From contig JAUCBJ010003476.1 in the NCBI GenBank assembly GCA_032718475.1, positions 1,995 through 65,994 of the forward strand: a stretch of DNA of 64,000 nt, written 5' to 3'. The DNA is from Nemertoderma westbladi (taxonomy: Eukaryota > Animalia > Xenacoelomorpha). A model generated the notes under the pieces. It was not told where the DNA came from. It searched no databases and worked only from the letters and a program-made list of their open reading frames with translations. A program made the translations under genes and the position numbers. Below are positions 1-12,800 of this stretch, in pieces. How positions within the stretch are numbered: the first letter of the stretch is position 1; the number at the start of each line of letters is the position of its first letter.

Positions 1-967
1 CTGATCTTTTAGATAAAATGCGCCGGCGCTTACCATATAGCAGAAGCAAGGAGCAGACTCAACAGGTTGTCGTTCTGTTTAACAAGCTACATACTGCGTT
101 TCGCTGTTTGCAGTAACACGGGTCATCCTTTGTCTACTAATTTCTTGCTCTAGTTGGTGTCAGACAAGGCGTAGCCGGTGTAGCTCCAGGGGTTCTGGGT
201 CTACACGTTAACAATGGCGGAGTCGGTAGGGGCGCCGGTACTTCACGCCCCTAGGGCCTCGTGGGCCAGCGTACCAGTACAGGAAGCATTGGCCAGCCCC
301 CGTGGGGGCTGAATAACTAAGCTGCGTGCAAATTATATGGTACATCCGAAAGGTTGCTCAAAGAATAATGGTGTTTGGCTCTTATATCTGTAAGACAAGC
401 CGTGTAGATAACCTTGCCGCATGTAAACCAACATTCTAAACTCGGTCTGCGTGTTTTGGCCCCACATGCCATGTACATTACACAGGGTTTGGCCTCCATC
501 CAGAAATTGTCAACAAATGTTCGCATTTTTAATTGGAAATAAAATCATACTAAATGACCCATTTTAAGTCACTCATATCATATATATACTCCTTCGTCAT
601 CATCCATACGCTATGAGTATGATCATGTATAGATCATAATTGATCAGGTTATCATGCAGTGTGAAAGGTAAATTACCGATTCGGTTGAACAATTTCGTAA
701 CCTACTATACTGTACTAGGTCGAGCGAGCCTAGGCAGTTTTTCGAACAGTATTTATCTTAACCTATTCTACAAGATCTAAACCAAATCACGAATCTTCCA
801 TCGACCCTGGCGATACTGAAAAGGACTTTTTCAATTAATGATATCATCGATTTTCGCTATAGCAATGAAAATCCCAAGGGAAATCACATGAAAATGTCCG
901 CAGATTGACCACAGGTGAAAATAGTGATCTTCAGCGCAAATTGACCCCAAGTGAAATAATGTATAGT

Positions 968-1023
968 TTATTGTTTTGGTTAGAAAACAGCACCGCCACT
1001 GTAACCTGCTCCTTTCCCTTTAA
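968..1023. mobile_element. Right end of a Kolobok-like MITE family (full copy at 19279-19542)
   Basis: TTATTGTTTTGGTTAGAAAA...CTGTAACCTGCTCCTTTCCC-TTTAA matches the right TIR at ~19495-19542 and a third partial copy at ~48370-48420. Confidence 0.55.
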
Positions 1024-1790
1024 TTTTTCAAACCCACTTAAATTTATTTTGTATTTGCGGTTATATTTTGCGCCATTGACTGCGAATGTCGTATATACAA
1101 ACGGAAAAAGTCTACAAATCTTTTTTGGAATTGTTCTTTTCTTTCTTAAAAGGAAACCTCATCCGCCGTTGAGATATTGATACAGGAATATACACGTTAT
1201 ATTATTGCATTGTCTTTTATTTCAACACTGGATTTTTAGGACCACTTTGTAAAGAAATGGGACGTGCTTTTACTATTAGGGATAGTTACTATTCAGAAAA
1301 GGAAATATACTGAATCTCCTGTATACTGAATAATACTGAATATCTGAGAACAGATGTATTATTACGGCAGGTGACTTTATACGACTTTTGGCCGAGGTAG
1401 ATCTTTAATTTTCCACACTATCTGTATATACATTGCTAACTATAAACCTATTGTTGAAACGATACTTTAATTATCGGTGACAGCAATATACAACTAAGCA
1501 GCGTATACTGCGGCCTAACATCAACTATAACATATTATAGCGCAAATCTATTTAATGTTTAAATATTTAATTTTTAAGATTCATATAATATATGACTTAT
1601 ATATGGATTTACAATCTTTTGTTAAAAAATCTGTTCGTTTCTTAGTTTCCTCGTTATATTCCAAAAAATATATTACGCCTATAATAATAATAATAGGTTC
1701 GTTTAATATTATATAAATTTGGATTAGGTATGTAATTTGTGACAACACCCAAAAACGTTGACAACAGTGAGTCAGACAAATAAACCACCC

Positions 1791-1863
1791 GCCTTCATAG
1801 CTCAGGGGTTAGAGCACTAGTCTAGTAAACTAGGGGTCGAGAGTTCGATTCTCTCTGAAGGCT
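1791..1863 (+). tRNA. tRNA-Thr (anticodon AGT)
   Basis: Full cloverleaf: acceptor GCCTTCA/TGAAGGC, D arm GCTC..GAGC, anticodon arm CTAGT-CTAGTAA-ACTAG, T arm GAGAG-TTCGATT-CTCTC; followed directly by a T run (Pol III terminator). Confidence 0.95.
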
Positions 1864-2132
1864 TTTTACGGTAATTACGTTTTTTATCATTTTTTTTTAT
1901 TACGTCTTTTATTTTCATTGTCTCATTTTTGTTGATGAAAATAACTAAATTATAACTAGATTAATATTTTGACCAAAAAAATTAATTTAATCAACCTCTA
2001 TTTTTATAATAATGCGTAGCATTTCGGCGTGCGTAATTCTTTTTGTTTAAGTTTATCATACATATGAGATAAATCAAACTTCATCTCTAGAGGAAGAATA
2101 AAATAGGCACTATTAATAAGGTTAAAAAAAGC

Positions 2133-2205
2133 AGCCCCCAGAGAGAATCGAACTCTCGACCCCTAGTTTACTAGACTAGTGCTCTAACCCCTGAGCTATG
2201 GAGGC
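2133..2205 (-). tRNA. tRNA-Thr (anticodon AGT), second copy, convergent with the first
   Basis: Reverse complement is identical to the first copy except in the acceptor stem (GCCTCCA/TGGGGGC); T7 terminator follows on the minus strand. Confidence 0.95.
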
Positions 2206-3746
2206 TTGAAGGGCAGATGTCAGTATTATTTATTTCAAAAAAGAGCCGTAGACAATTGAAATTTCTCCACTCTCTCCCACTCCAAACACAACTAGTTGTT
2301 GTCCTAACATGGCCAACAAACAATAAAATAAGTCATAATCAAACATTAATTGTTAAAAAAAAAACAATACAACAAATTGTAATCATATTTGATTTAAAAT
2401 TATTATGTGTAAAGTACCTGTACGACCCTTAATTATCTATGAATTCCTGGTTGAACAATCACTATGTTAGTTGTTACTATGTCTGTCTGTCAGTCACCGC
2501 CGAAAGTAAAATATAATTATATTCACCAGAATGAGGTATTCAGTAGTAAATTATGATATACGTCTCAAATTCTTAATATCTCCACTAGAGGGCATTTGTT
2601 TTACCAATATAGTTTGAAGCTCCTCAACGCAGCGCCATCATTGGGTAGCTTCTTTTATTTATTACGCAGTGCAGCTGTGTAATTTAACGACGCTAGTTGG
2701 TATCCAACACCGAACTTAATCCTTTAGTTGATCACATAATCACAAATTTAGTTTGAATGTTGTGTTCATTGAACGTTTGATAGTTTTATAGAATCTGGTT
2801 AAATTTTCCATTCTTCTTTCAATTTTCCTCCCATGTCTCATATAGCCTAACCTTACGGAGTGAGAACATTCATATACTATTTTGGCAAAATATCAGATCC
2901 AAACACGCAAATGAATGAAAGACAGCATATAATAAGTGTCATTAACAATACAGACATCTAAATTTGTTACAGACTTCAACATTGGTATAAAAGTTAGGCA
3001 ATACATATACTCGTGAATAGAAATTCAGCAATAAATTATAAAAGATTTAGCATTCAACATTGGCTTGTTTATATAAGGCCAAAAACAGCTATAGAACTCA
3101 GATTGAGTCTGTAATTGATTGGCGCTCTGTGGGGGTCCCAACTGACAATTTTGATTGACAAGCTGTTGACTTTCTGGGATTCTGGGTGGCGCGGTCTATT
3201 TTTTATCAATGTCAAATCGTTTTTTTACGTGAATTTCGGTAGTGAATTCTTCAAATAGCACGAAATAATTATTGATAATTTTTTGTTTCCAAATTCCAAA
3301 GATTAATGTTTTAATTCCCTCCGAGATTAATGGTCGGCCGATCTGTACTGCTATTGGTGGCGCAATAGTCAAAGTTTATCCCTGTTCAGTTCGAATCAAC
3401 CAGAAAATCGAAGGCAAATATAATATTTGGTCAATTTAGTGGTGCGTGTGGTCCAAGCCATGTTTGAATTAAAGTATTTACATTATTAATATACGTTGTA
3501 AATGCACAATTGTTCGGCACACATGAAATACTGGAGTAAGAAGGCCTACTGTAGATAAATTATTACCTAGTGATATGGGGGCTAAGGAGGCGACTATAGG
3601 CGTGTAGTTGACATATGGATGGATAGGTCGAGATTATGATACAGATATAATAATGAGCCATACAGAGCCATTTAGCTCGTGGTGCGTCGGGTGCGGGAGG
3701 GAGAGAGGACCTCAGAGGTCGTCGGAGAGGGTGGGCGCCGAAGATA

Positions 3747-4187
3747 GGACAATTGCGACCCGGACAATTGCGACCCGGACAGTTGCGACCCGGTCATAAA
3801 TAAATGGTTATACAACATTATATAGATTTCAAATATATTATATCAATAGCTAGTTAAAAAATAATGCATGAACAATGTTAACAATATACGTAGGTTATGC
3901 CAAAACAATTAATTTTAATTCTAAGCATTCCAGAATATCTAATGGCAAATAATGTATGGCCAACCGCTCCCTTTTGTTCCAATGTAGCTGTTGTAATTAC
4001 ATGTAGCTACAGTAATTATAATACAATTAGTAAAATTAATGTAAAAAGCATTTCAGAATATAACATTGCGAATAATGTAGTCGCTATTTTAAAATGTAGC
4101 TACAGTAATTTAAATGTAGCTGAGCTACCCGTACAATTTCGACCCAGCAAATTTAATAAAATCATGGGTCGCAATTGTCCGGACACC
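3747..4187. mobile_element. Non-autonomous DNA-transposon-like element with repeated terminal motif
   Basis: Three tandem copies of the 15-mer GGACAATTGCGACCC at ~3747-3793 and one inverted copy (GGGTCGCAATTGTCC) at ~4166-4180 flank an AT-rich core. No TSD identified. Confidence 0.45.
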
Positions 4188-4206
4188 GCGGGCATGCGGG
4201 GTAGCT

Positions 4207-4462
4207 CGAACTTAGTTCCAATCGCACATTTTCAAAGGCGAACTTAATTCCAATTTGCGAATTTAGTTCCAAAATAAATTTTACAAAGCGAACTTAGTTC
4301 CAATTGAGGCGAACTTAGTTCCAATCCCAGAATATCAAAACGAACTTAGTTCCAATGGAAGCGAATTTAGTTCCAATGGAAGTGAATTTAGTTCCAATGG
4401 AAGCGAATTTAGTTCCAATGGAAGCGAATTTAGTTCCAATGGGTGCGAACTTAGTTCCAATG
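4207..4462. repeat. Minisatellite, core GCGAA(C/T)TTAGTTCCAAT, 21-bp period in its regular part
   Basis: About 11 copies of GAA(C/T)TTAGTTCCAA; regular 21-bp unit GCGAATTTAGTTCCAATGGAA between ~4340 and 4462. Confidence 0.85.
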
Positions 4463-5027
4463 TTTCAATCGTAGGGATAGCCACGTTAATAGTAGGCGAA
4501 GCCTATTGCGTATTGCCACTATTTGGGGTGGGTCAGGGTCAACAATAATTGTAAATAATTGTAAAACCCGCCTGTCATTTTTAAAAAACGAATTATTATT
4601 AATGAATTAAATGTATAATTACACATTTGGAAATATATATATATTAATCACGAGTATACTGATACTGACTGACTGAGTCTGTAGTATTATATAATCAAGT
4701 CATGCATGCACATTGTGCCATTTTCACACCAAATACAATATTTACCAGTTGTTTCGGTTTAGGGGATGGGCGTTGTTTGGGTTAGGAGCTTGGGTGTTGT
4801 TTTTTACAATGAATATCATTTTAAATGATTAAATATAAATGAATTTAATTGAATAGTTTGGGTTAAGAGGTTGGGCGTTGTTTGGGATAAGATTGTTTTG
4901 GTTAGGAGGTTAGGCGTTTTGGGTTAGTTATTTACAATTATTATTTAACCATCCACCTAATAGTGTCATTAAACATAGATTCTTCGCCAACTAGGTGGCT
5001 CGCCCCACGCACCTAAAACATTGGAAC
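4454..5027. mobile_element. Degenerate foldback/MITE-like element
   Basis: ~4454-4558 (GTTCCAATGTTT...GCCAC...GGCGAAG...CAATAATTGTAAATAA) is an imperfect inverted repeat of ~4928-5027; the interior has GGGTTAGG-like short repeats. Confidence 0.4.
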
Positions 5028-5087
5028 AGAAATTAATTCCCGAGATGGGATTTGCCGGTTATTCGTCAAGTCCACAGACCCCCCCCC

Positions 5088-5118
<31 letters not shown>

Positions 5119-6411
5119 ATACACCCCATCTCGAAAACCCTTACAATAACATCACCGGCATATGGTCGAGTAAATCACCCCCGTATAAATAAATCGACCT
5201 CCCACATTCTCCCTTTATTGTTTACAACGTATTTGTTTTCACGGGCGATTAATCGTAGACTTGTACATTTTCCAAAGTTTATAATATAGGTTGATAGGAA
5301 CTATAAATGAACGTATTGAGGAAATGCAACATTGAAAATATCATACATATAATAATACCGCGGTAAGTAGGTGGAGATTGACTATGGGTTTATATAGATA
5401 AACTCACCCGGATAGCCATTCATAGAGTCTGACTGAAATGAAACAAACAATACTTTTGTCAATTTATCCTGGAGTTTTGGCATCAAAACGTATATATTGT
5501 AACCAATCTTTTGTTGTCTTCCCTGTCAATCACCCAAAAGGGCTGGACTTCCGTTAATTACAATAATAACCTATTGGCATCTACCGGGAATCTTTAAATA
5601 CACTTTGGTTCAATAACGCTTGGAGCCATGCACACATACGCACCGTTCACGCAACTACAAACAAATGTAAATAAACCATCAATTACGGATGAGTGAATGA
5701 GCGTGTGTGTACTTCGACCACGCATATGTTCGAGTTGCTTCTTCTTTTCAAATCTAAAATTACTTCGTGATGATTGTTTCTGATTTTGACTTTAAATAAG
5801 TTCCATTTTCCATCGTTATTTAAGGTTTGCTTATAGACCAGATTTCTCCTTGTATTTATTTAAGCATACACCACGCTACAGGAATTCAGGATTGGGTTCT
5901 GGACGTGGCGATGGCCGCCTGCGATCGATCGTCGTAAACTCACGCAACGAAACCGGCCACCGTCTCGTTACAATTTCTCTGTACCGTAAACTCTCTCCCA
6001 GCCCACCAACACTCGTCAACTTGTGCCGCAATTTCCCTCCATCCATGCCCATTATTATTCATGTTTCTCACCTCTATAACCAAATCATATCCGAACTACT
6101 CATTCTAATCCTTTATTTTACTACATTCTAATCAAATTACGTGTATGAAGTCTTTTATAGGTTGGAGATTTTGCACTTTCTAATGAAAATTTTCAATTGG
6201 TCATATATTTTACGCTTATCTCGCCTATATATAGAGGTGATGTCATATTATCATTAAGGAAGTTCACAAATCTCATTGTAAAGGCCACAGATATGTCATG
6301 TCACTCGACACTATAATGAACCAAACCGAGCTATATGATTAACACAGTCGTGTAACCGTAACCCTATACAGATTGCCTAGTTCTAATCCATAGTATATAC
6401 AATTATTGAAT

Positions 6412-6909
6412 TACTATATAGTATATATACACCATAAAACCATACAACAACCATTTTTATCAGCCCCCCCCCCCCCCCCTAATTTTTTTTCAAATTTCAA
6501 TAAAATGCTGCAAAATTTGGTATGATGATAGATCGACACCTTTTCTTACTGGTGGCCTGGTCGGATTTTTCAATTTCTCAGTTATTTCCATACAACAAGC
6601 TTGCTATTTAATCTGAGCACAATCAAAGCAAATAACAGCTGATTACTCCCAAAAATAAAACTGTAACTTGTTATATATTGACTTTTTGTTTATTATTATG
6701 TAAATCTTTATAATTCTAATGTTTTTTTTACTCAATTCTGAGAAATTGAAATATCCGGCCAGGCCACCAGTAAGAAAAGGTGTCGATCTATCATCATACC
6801 AAATTTTGTAGCATTTTATTGAAATTTGAAAAAAGTTAGGGGGGTGGGGGATCCGAACCCCTAAAAATGGTTGTTATATTAAGGGTTATTATGGTGTATA
6901 TATATAGTA
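6412..6909. mobile_element. MITE with ~170-bp terminal inverted repeats
   Basis: ~6412-6581 and ~6738-6909 are inverted copies; the inner ~100 bp is nearly exact (CAAAATTTGGTATGATGATAGATCGACACCTTTTCTTACTGGTGGCCTGG versus its reverse complement). TA-rich ends, no ORF. Confidence 0.8.
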
Positions 6910-7409
6910 CTAACGCGGTATGGATTAGTGATGTTTCGGATTTCCAATTCCAGGTAACGGGAATTGCTGACGTCTTTGAACGGATTCCAATTTAGTAATT
7001 TTAACTTAATTTTGTATTTTTATTACTTTGTAAGATTAATTTGAGGCTCATCGTCCATTTATATAAATCAACTAAGGAATAATATCATTAAAAATGTTGG
7101 ACTCACTATGGGATAAATATTAAGTTTTTTTTATACCACGGTTTGCACAAATAAGTCCGGGAAATTAATGTTTCAAATCCTGGACCATTTGCAAAATTCC
7201 CTAGCTGCGGGTTGAAGCACAGAGGTCAAGGTATCCATAAAATAGTGTTCCAGTACATAGGTCATATATATAACAGCAAATTTATGACAGTTATTTAAAA
7301 ATATTCACCTTCGCGTTAGACGTTAACCATTTTACTTTTCGGAGACCGAACGTTATCCCTTCCTATTTTGTGTTTCACTGCAGGAAATAAATAATCCCGG
7401 GAGCTGAGA

Positions 7410-7575
7410 TTACCAATCCACCTTGTCCGGTTGTAGTAACCAACCAGTGGGCGGCCTACCACCCGCTAACAAATCCGCCAATCACCGCTCAGGCAGCCAC
7501 CAATACAAGGCACCGCCTCCCAGCTGTAAACCAATCAACGCGCGTCTACCCAATTGACCAGTAACGGCTTATAGG
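7410..7575 (+). promoter_or_regulatory. Zic proximal promoter (CCAAT cluster, GC box, TATA-like)
   Basis: CCAAT at 7413, 7478, 7500, 7531 and 7550, all in the same orientation; GGGCGG at 7449; TTATA at 7569; immediately upstream of ATG 7609. Confidence 0.6.
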
Positions 7576-7608
7576 CAAGCCAGCAAGACAGTGGACATCA
7601 CATTTAGA

Positions 7609-8578
7609 ATGGATCACCCTTTTGCTAGAAAGATTATGGCACCTCACAACCAGAACATTTCTTCTTTTGGTATTAGTGCTTCTGATTTATCCGGTAACGA
7701 GGTATCTTCTACTATGGCTATCAACCCATTTTCTATGGACACTTCTCATCACTTGAGCGCCTTGAAGATGAGCCCACCCCACCATCTCATGGATTCAGGT
7801 GTGACAAGCGGTGGACAAGGATTCACGGGGCAGACTAATAACGGTTACGCGACGCACATGGGAGGTTACTTAAACGCTTCTCGGGACTTCCTCTTGCGTA
7901 GGGATCCGCTCGCGGGCTCCATGGGTATGGATCCCTCCTCCGCGATGTTTGGCGCCCCTCCCCCGGGCTCCACCGTGCTGCACCACCCGTCGCAGCACCA
8001 CGACGGTGCAGGCTCTATGGGGGGCGGCGCCCCACCCGGGCACCACATGCTGTTCCCCTCGTTGCACCACCACCATCACCACCACCCGGGGGACCAGAAC
8101 CGCTTCGGTCTGACCACAGACTGGGGCGGGCAATTCTCGCAGATGGGCGGTGCCCAGAGCGCGGGGGGCGGCTCCTTCTCGCACCATCATATACAACACC
8201 CAATGAACATGATGGGCATGCACGCGCCCGGGGCGTTCTTTCGTTACATGCGACAGCCAATTAAACAAGAATTGAACTGTTATTGGGTAGATCAGGACCA
8301 GGCAAACCCTAAGAAGTGTTGCACCAAGTCTTTCAGTACAATGCATGAGATAGTAACGCACATCACGGTGGAACACGTTGGGGGTCCGGAGCAGATAAAC
8401 CACGCGTGTTACTGGCAGAACTGCCCGCGGAACGGTAGACCATTTAAAGCCAAATACAAACTGGTTAACCACATCCGTGTGCACACTGGGGAACGCCCGT
8501 TCCCGTGTCCCTTCCCCGGTTGCGGGAAGGTGTTCGCTAGATCTGAGAACCTCAAGATACACAAGCGCACGCACACCG
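7609..8578 (+). CDS. Zic: Zic/odd-paired C2H2 transcription factor, coding exon 1 (ZOC, ZF-NC, ZF1-3)
   Basis: ZOC-like motif [11 protein letters not shown]; [18 protein letters not shown]; fingers [63 protein letters not shown]. Ends at the phase-1 donor G|GTGAGT, the conserved bilaterian Zic intron between ZF3 and ZF4. First ATG is 7609 (the ORF-track start 7591 is GTG). Confidence 0.97.
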
Positions 8579-9519
8579 GTGAGTTAAATAACTTTATAAT
8601 AAATTATGTTAAATTATCTGTCGAAACATCTCGAAACTGATGATCCATTCAATTATTTTAGTTTACGCAAACATGAATATTATTTTAATTTTAATAATAT
8701 AAAGATTGTTTTAAAGATATTTCTGCTTCTGGCTATTCCTGTTACTAAATAATATTACTGAAAATAGTTTTAACCATCAGCGGTACAACCATAGGCAGAG
8801 CAACACAATTGTTATGATAACTAATTAATTGTAATTATGTTGTTACAATAATTAATTATCATCGAGTATTCTACTAGCAGCTACAGTGACAGTCACAGTA
8901 GTATACAAACAATCACGTTTCAAAGTATTATTCCTAATGTTTATCCACAAAATGTTATAACGGGTACCTCAACAAATTTGACAACCAATATTTTATGTTT
9001 TAGATGCATTATTGAGGTTCATTGCCACTTGACATAGCGTGACTTTAAATTGTATAAAATATCAATTAATTTAATTAATGCTTAATAGCCGTTGCATAAT
9101 GCCATTTTGAAAGCGAATTTTATTATACTATACCATATATATTTATTCGCCGTCACCCACCCCACAACAATTCAATTTTATTATTTCATCGGCCAAGTAA
9201 AATATTATACTAAAATATTTTGGGGGAAATATTTTAAACCCATCAGCTACTCAGGTGTACCACCAGTCCTTCCTTCCGGATAAAACGCATTGATAATTTT
9301 AATTTAATTTGCTAAATATGCTTTTATTTTTGAGATTGCATACCCTTTCGTAGGTCGTAGCTAATCTTAAATCATATACACACAAAGTTTTATTATAAAC
9401 AATAGATTTACTTACTTTAAAAAAGAGTGGAGAGAATATTGATTTCTAATTGATACTCTTTGTGGTGCAATTATTTAATAAACAATGGAGGAGATAGGAG
9501 CATAATTTAGTGTTTATAA

Positions 9520-9840
9520 AAGAAATAGAACTGCAGTATTTTACTATATTGCATTCCGAGTCACTGCTGCGATTCAAATTATTGTACTCTTCAACTCCTG
9601 ATGCTACCTTACTATAAATGTAAAATAATATAGTGTTCTGGAATATTTATGACAAAGTAGACTCTTCAACTCATAATTATGTTTTAGGTTAATGGAGTGC
9701 AGACACTAAAATTGTAATGGCATAATATGGATTTTTTTAAAATTTCATGCAATTTCTTCACATTTGATTTTCTCTTTCAACACATGCAATAAAATTTAAA
9801 AAATTCAAAGAATAATTTTCACATTTTCATTATTTTGATG
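9520..9840. repeat. Old interspersed repeat, copy 1 (Zic intron 1)
   Basis: Colinear diverged match (GAACTG.AGTATTTTACTATA.TGC...GTACTCTTCAACTC...CTCTTTCAACACATG) to ~17980-18325. Confidence 0.6.
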
Positions 9841-12800
9841 TTTTTCGCAACATGCCATAAGATAAAACATTTATAAAGCGCGGCTTCTTATTAATAAAAT
9901 ATATGAATATTACTTAAAATCAAAGTTACAAAGGTTGGTCGCTACACATTTCTTTCTAAAGGTTGACACGGAATTGTGTAACTTGATGACGTATTCCCTG
10001 GCCCTGAAACTGCGTCACGAATATTACATTTTGATCATTTTGTTTCATGAGGTTTCAGAAATCCCGCAACCTTTGGTCTCCTGCTCTGTATTTCTCCGAT
10101 GTACCCCAATCACTCACACACAAACACCAGTTGTAGTCTCCGTACCTGAAATTACAATCTCCAATCCCCAATAAAACTAAATCCTCCCAATATTTTTCGT
10201 ATGATTGACAGGTAAATCATATGGTTATTGGCAGCCTAGGCAAACAAATCAACCCGACCCCAACACGCTAACATGTGTTCCCTCGAATTATTACTAAACA
10301 CAGTGTCCTCAAACACGACCTTGTCATTTGTGTAACGTGTTTCAATCAGCTGTCTACCTTTTACGTGTTACCTGCTCTACAATTGGCCTCGATCTCTCTA
10401 TCACAACTACGGTGTCAGTTTTCTGCTCAAACCAATCTGTCATTCAGTTATCTATCAGTCGCTAATTACCAACTTGTATTTGACCGCTCAGTAAACCATT
10501 TATGTTGTGATTTATTGCCCTCTCGTATGGTGCGAATTATAACAAATAATTTACCCATTTATCAATCAATGGCTTACCTTTTGACAGAGGTTTGTTGAAA
10601 TTTCACGCTATCATATTTACACGTCGAATTTTACTCGATTATAATTTTATTATAATTTTCATATTTTACTGACTTGCTTTTCGTTTGCGTTTGCGATGGC
10701 GTTTGCGAAGCCACTCTACTTGCTGTATCAGAATTTGAAACAGTTCGGTGTTGTTACGTGGTGTGAATCAATGAATATCTTTTATAGTCTGGCGCTTAAC
10801 CCATTTACCGTAAACATAAGTGTGGAGGTGTCATTCTATCTCTCCTGTAAGAATATAATATATGGACTAAAATCTCACTACCCTGCTGTCTGGCAATTTA
10901 CACGGCTCTAGATAAGTAGACACACAGTTTATTTTCATAGTGCCATATTCAATATTTGAGGACTTAGGTAGGTCCCATATTAATTTGATTTGACTTCATC
11001 GCTACTTCCAAACATAAATCAAAATCACCCCACCCCTTCCCTTCCCAAAACATAAGTTATTAATAAAACAGAACCTCATGATATTATTAATTAATTAGGG
11101 AATACCCCGTATCTGACTTACTCACTAGACTACAGTCAATCCCAATTATAGACCACACCGCTGGTTGTGGTTCTCTCTGGGTGGGCACTTTTAGCCACTA
11201 CCAGAATGTACTGATAGGTGTATGATTGACATTTACGTCCTATTATCCTTTGTAGCTAATTGAGCCATAGGTAGTTCCCAGTTATTGGCTGGTTACTTCA
11301 CACATCTCTATTTCTTCATGGTGGTCTATCCACACTGCCTTTAGCACTCTGTAAACCTATGATTCTAATATCGCACCTCTCCTCTCTCCATTTTTTAACA
11401 TAAACAATAATATGTTTATACTTCCAAAACGTGTTTTCCGTTTAGTGGAATGTTTAGCTGATGTTACCCCAGGAATTATATTTGTCAGGAAATATTGTGT
11501 GTTTGTGTTTATTATTGTGAGTGTGTTTTTGTGTTTAATGTATCTATCAACTTCAGTTCAAGCACAACTTGTGTTTAGAAAACGCCTAAAATTTGACTGC
11601 TCTCACTCAACAATCTCCCTATCCCCTGCATCGTTTATTAACAGTAAGTAGAATAAGGTATAAAGAACGTACGCAATAATTATTGCATAATCAAAAAACT
11701 ACACTGTTTTTACTTCAACCCGATTTACGTAGTAAACGCTCGTAACTAACCCGTGGTGCGTCGGTGTTGTTGGGTTTATTTTTCTGCTCTAGTTTTCAAT
11801 CGGTTTTACTGCGACGGTTCACTTAAAGTGCTGTGCTTTGTTCTGAGTCTGACCCTGCCTCGTAACTTAGTTTGCTCACAGATATGTCAATTATTAAAAT
11901 TTAAAGTTAAAGTGTGATAGCATTTTTTATAATTTCAATTCTCACCACAAATGTATTATTTTATTTATCCCATCGTACCAGTTAGTTATTCTCATTGGGT
12001 GATTATGAGTAATGTCGGCCTCTATTGCAAAGTTAATCTCCTAGCGTGTGACCGTTAAGCTGTCCGCGACCTATTTATATATTAGTCTTTACCGGACGCA
12101 CACGTTTATGTTAGCCTGTAATCCGGTTCATCTGTCTTCATCCAACAAATCTCTCAATATTCGAGATTGAAAGTTATAGGAAAGACGTGGCACAACGATC
12201 GAATTGTTCTATAACAGGAACTCTTAGTAAATATAAGTTAGGCTTTGAGATTTTGGAGCGCTAGGCTGGTATTTAACGGTGTACTGAACGCACCCACCAC
12301 CGCGCATGCACTGGAATCATTGGAGCGGATTTTACCTGAATAAAAGATTTCTCAATCAGGAAAACCTGCAATCTGGTCCAGAGCTAGTCCCCTTGGCTTA
12401 CAATGCAGCCACCCTTGTGTTACATGGTGGGGGAAAGGGGTGAGGGGGGGGGGGGGGGGGGACTAACAATGTTTAACCCGCTTGGTATAGCTAGTATTGA
12501 TTCTACATTAGCTGATTCAGTTGTAATCACATTTACTGGGCACCCAGCGGGTGGTACAAGCAACCCGTACTCCAGTAGGCTAAAGATTGCTAGCCCCATT
12601 CTCTCACCATTCTCTCACCCACTCCCGAGAGAGTGTACAATGTTCTCTATACAAAATGGATCAAACGATTATAGAGTTCGAATCTGTGAAATCGAAAATC
12701 AGAAAATTTTATTATTTTATTTCAAGTGGTTTTTTTTTTATTAAAATATATACACGTGCTATTGTTTCCCTGACCTTCATTTAATAAATACGAGGTTTAT

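Noticed and set aside
292-320. GC hairpin CAGCCCC-CGTG-GGGGCTG followed by CTAA, resembling a Helitron 3' end
   Set aside because: The spacing is short, the next base is G rather than T, and no 5' end or second copy is in the window.
4340-4462. Regularly spaced repeats that could be taken for a CRISPR array
   Set aside because: Head-to-tail 21-bp units with no unique spacers, no cas genes, eukaryotic context.
7866-8574. Antisense ORFs (60, 81 and 234 aa) over Zic exon 1
   Set aside because: Shadow frames of a GC-rich coding exon; no domain signal.
8579-8640. ORF-track extension of Zic ([20 protein letters not shown])
   Set aside because: Read-through into intron 1 past the GTGAGT donor; the true continuation is at 15661.
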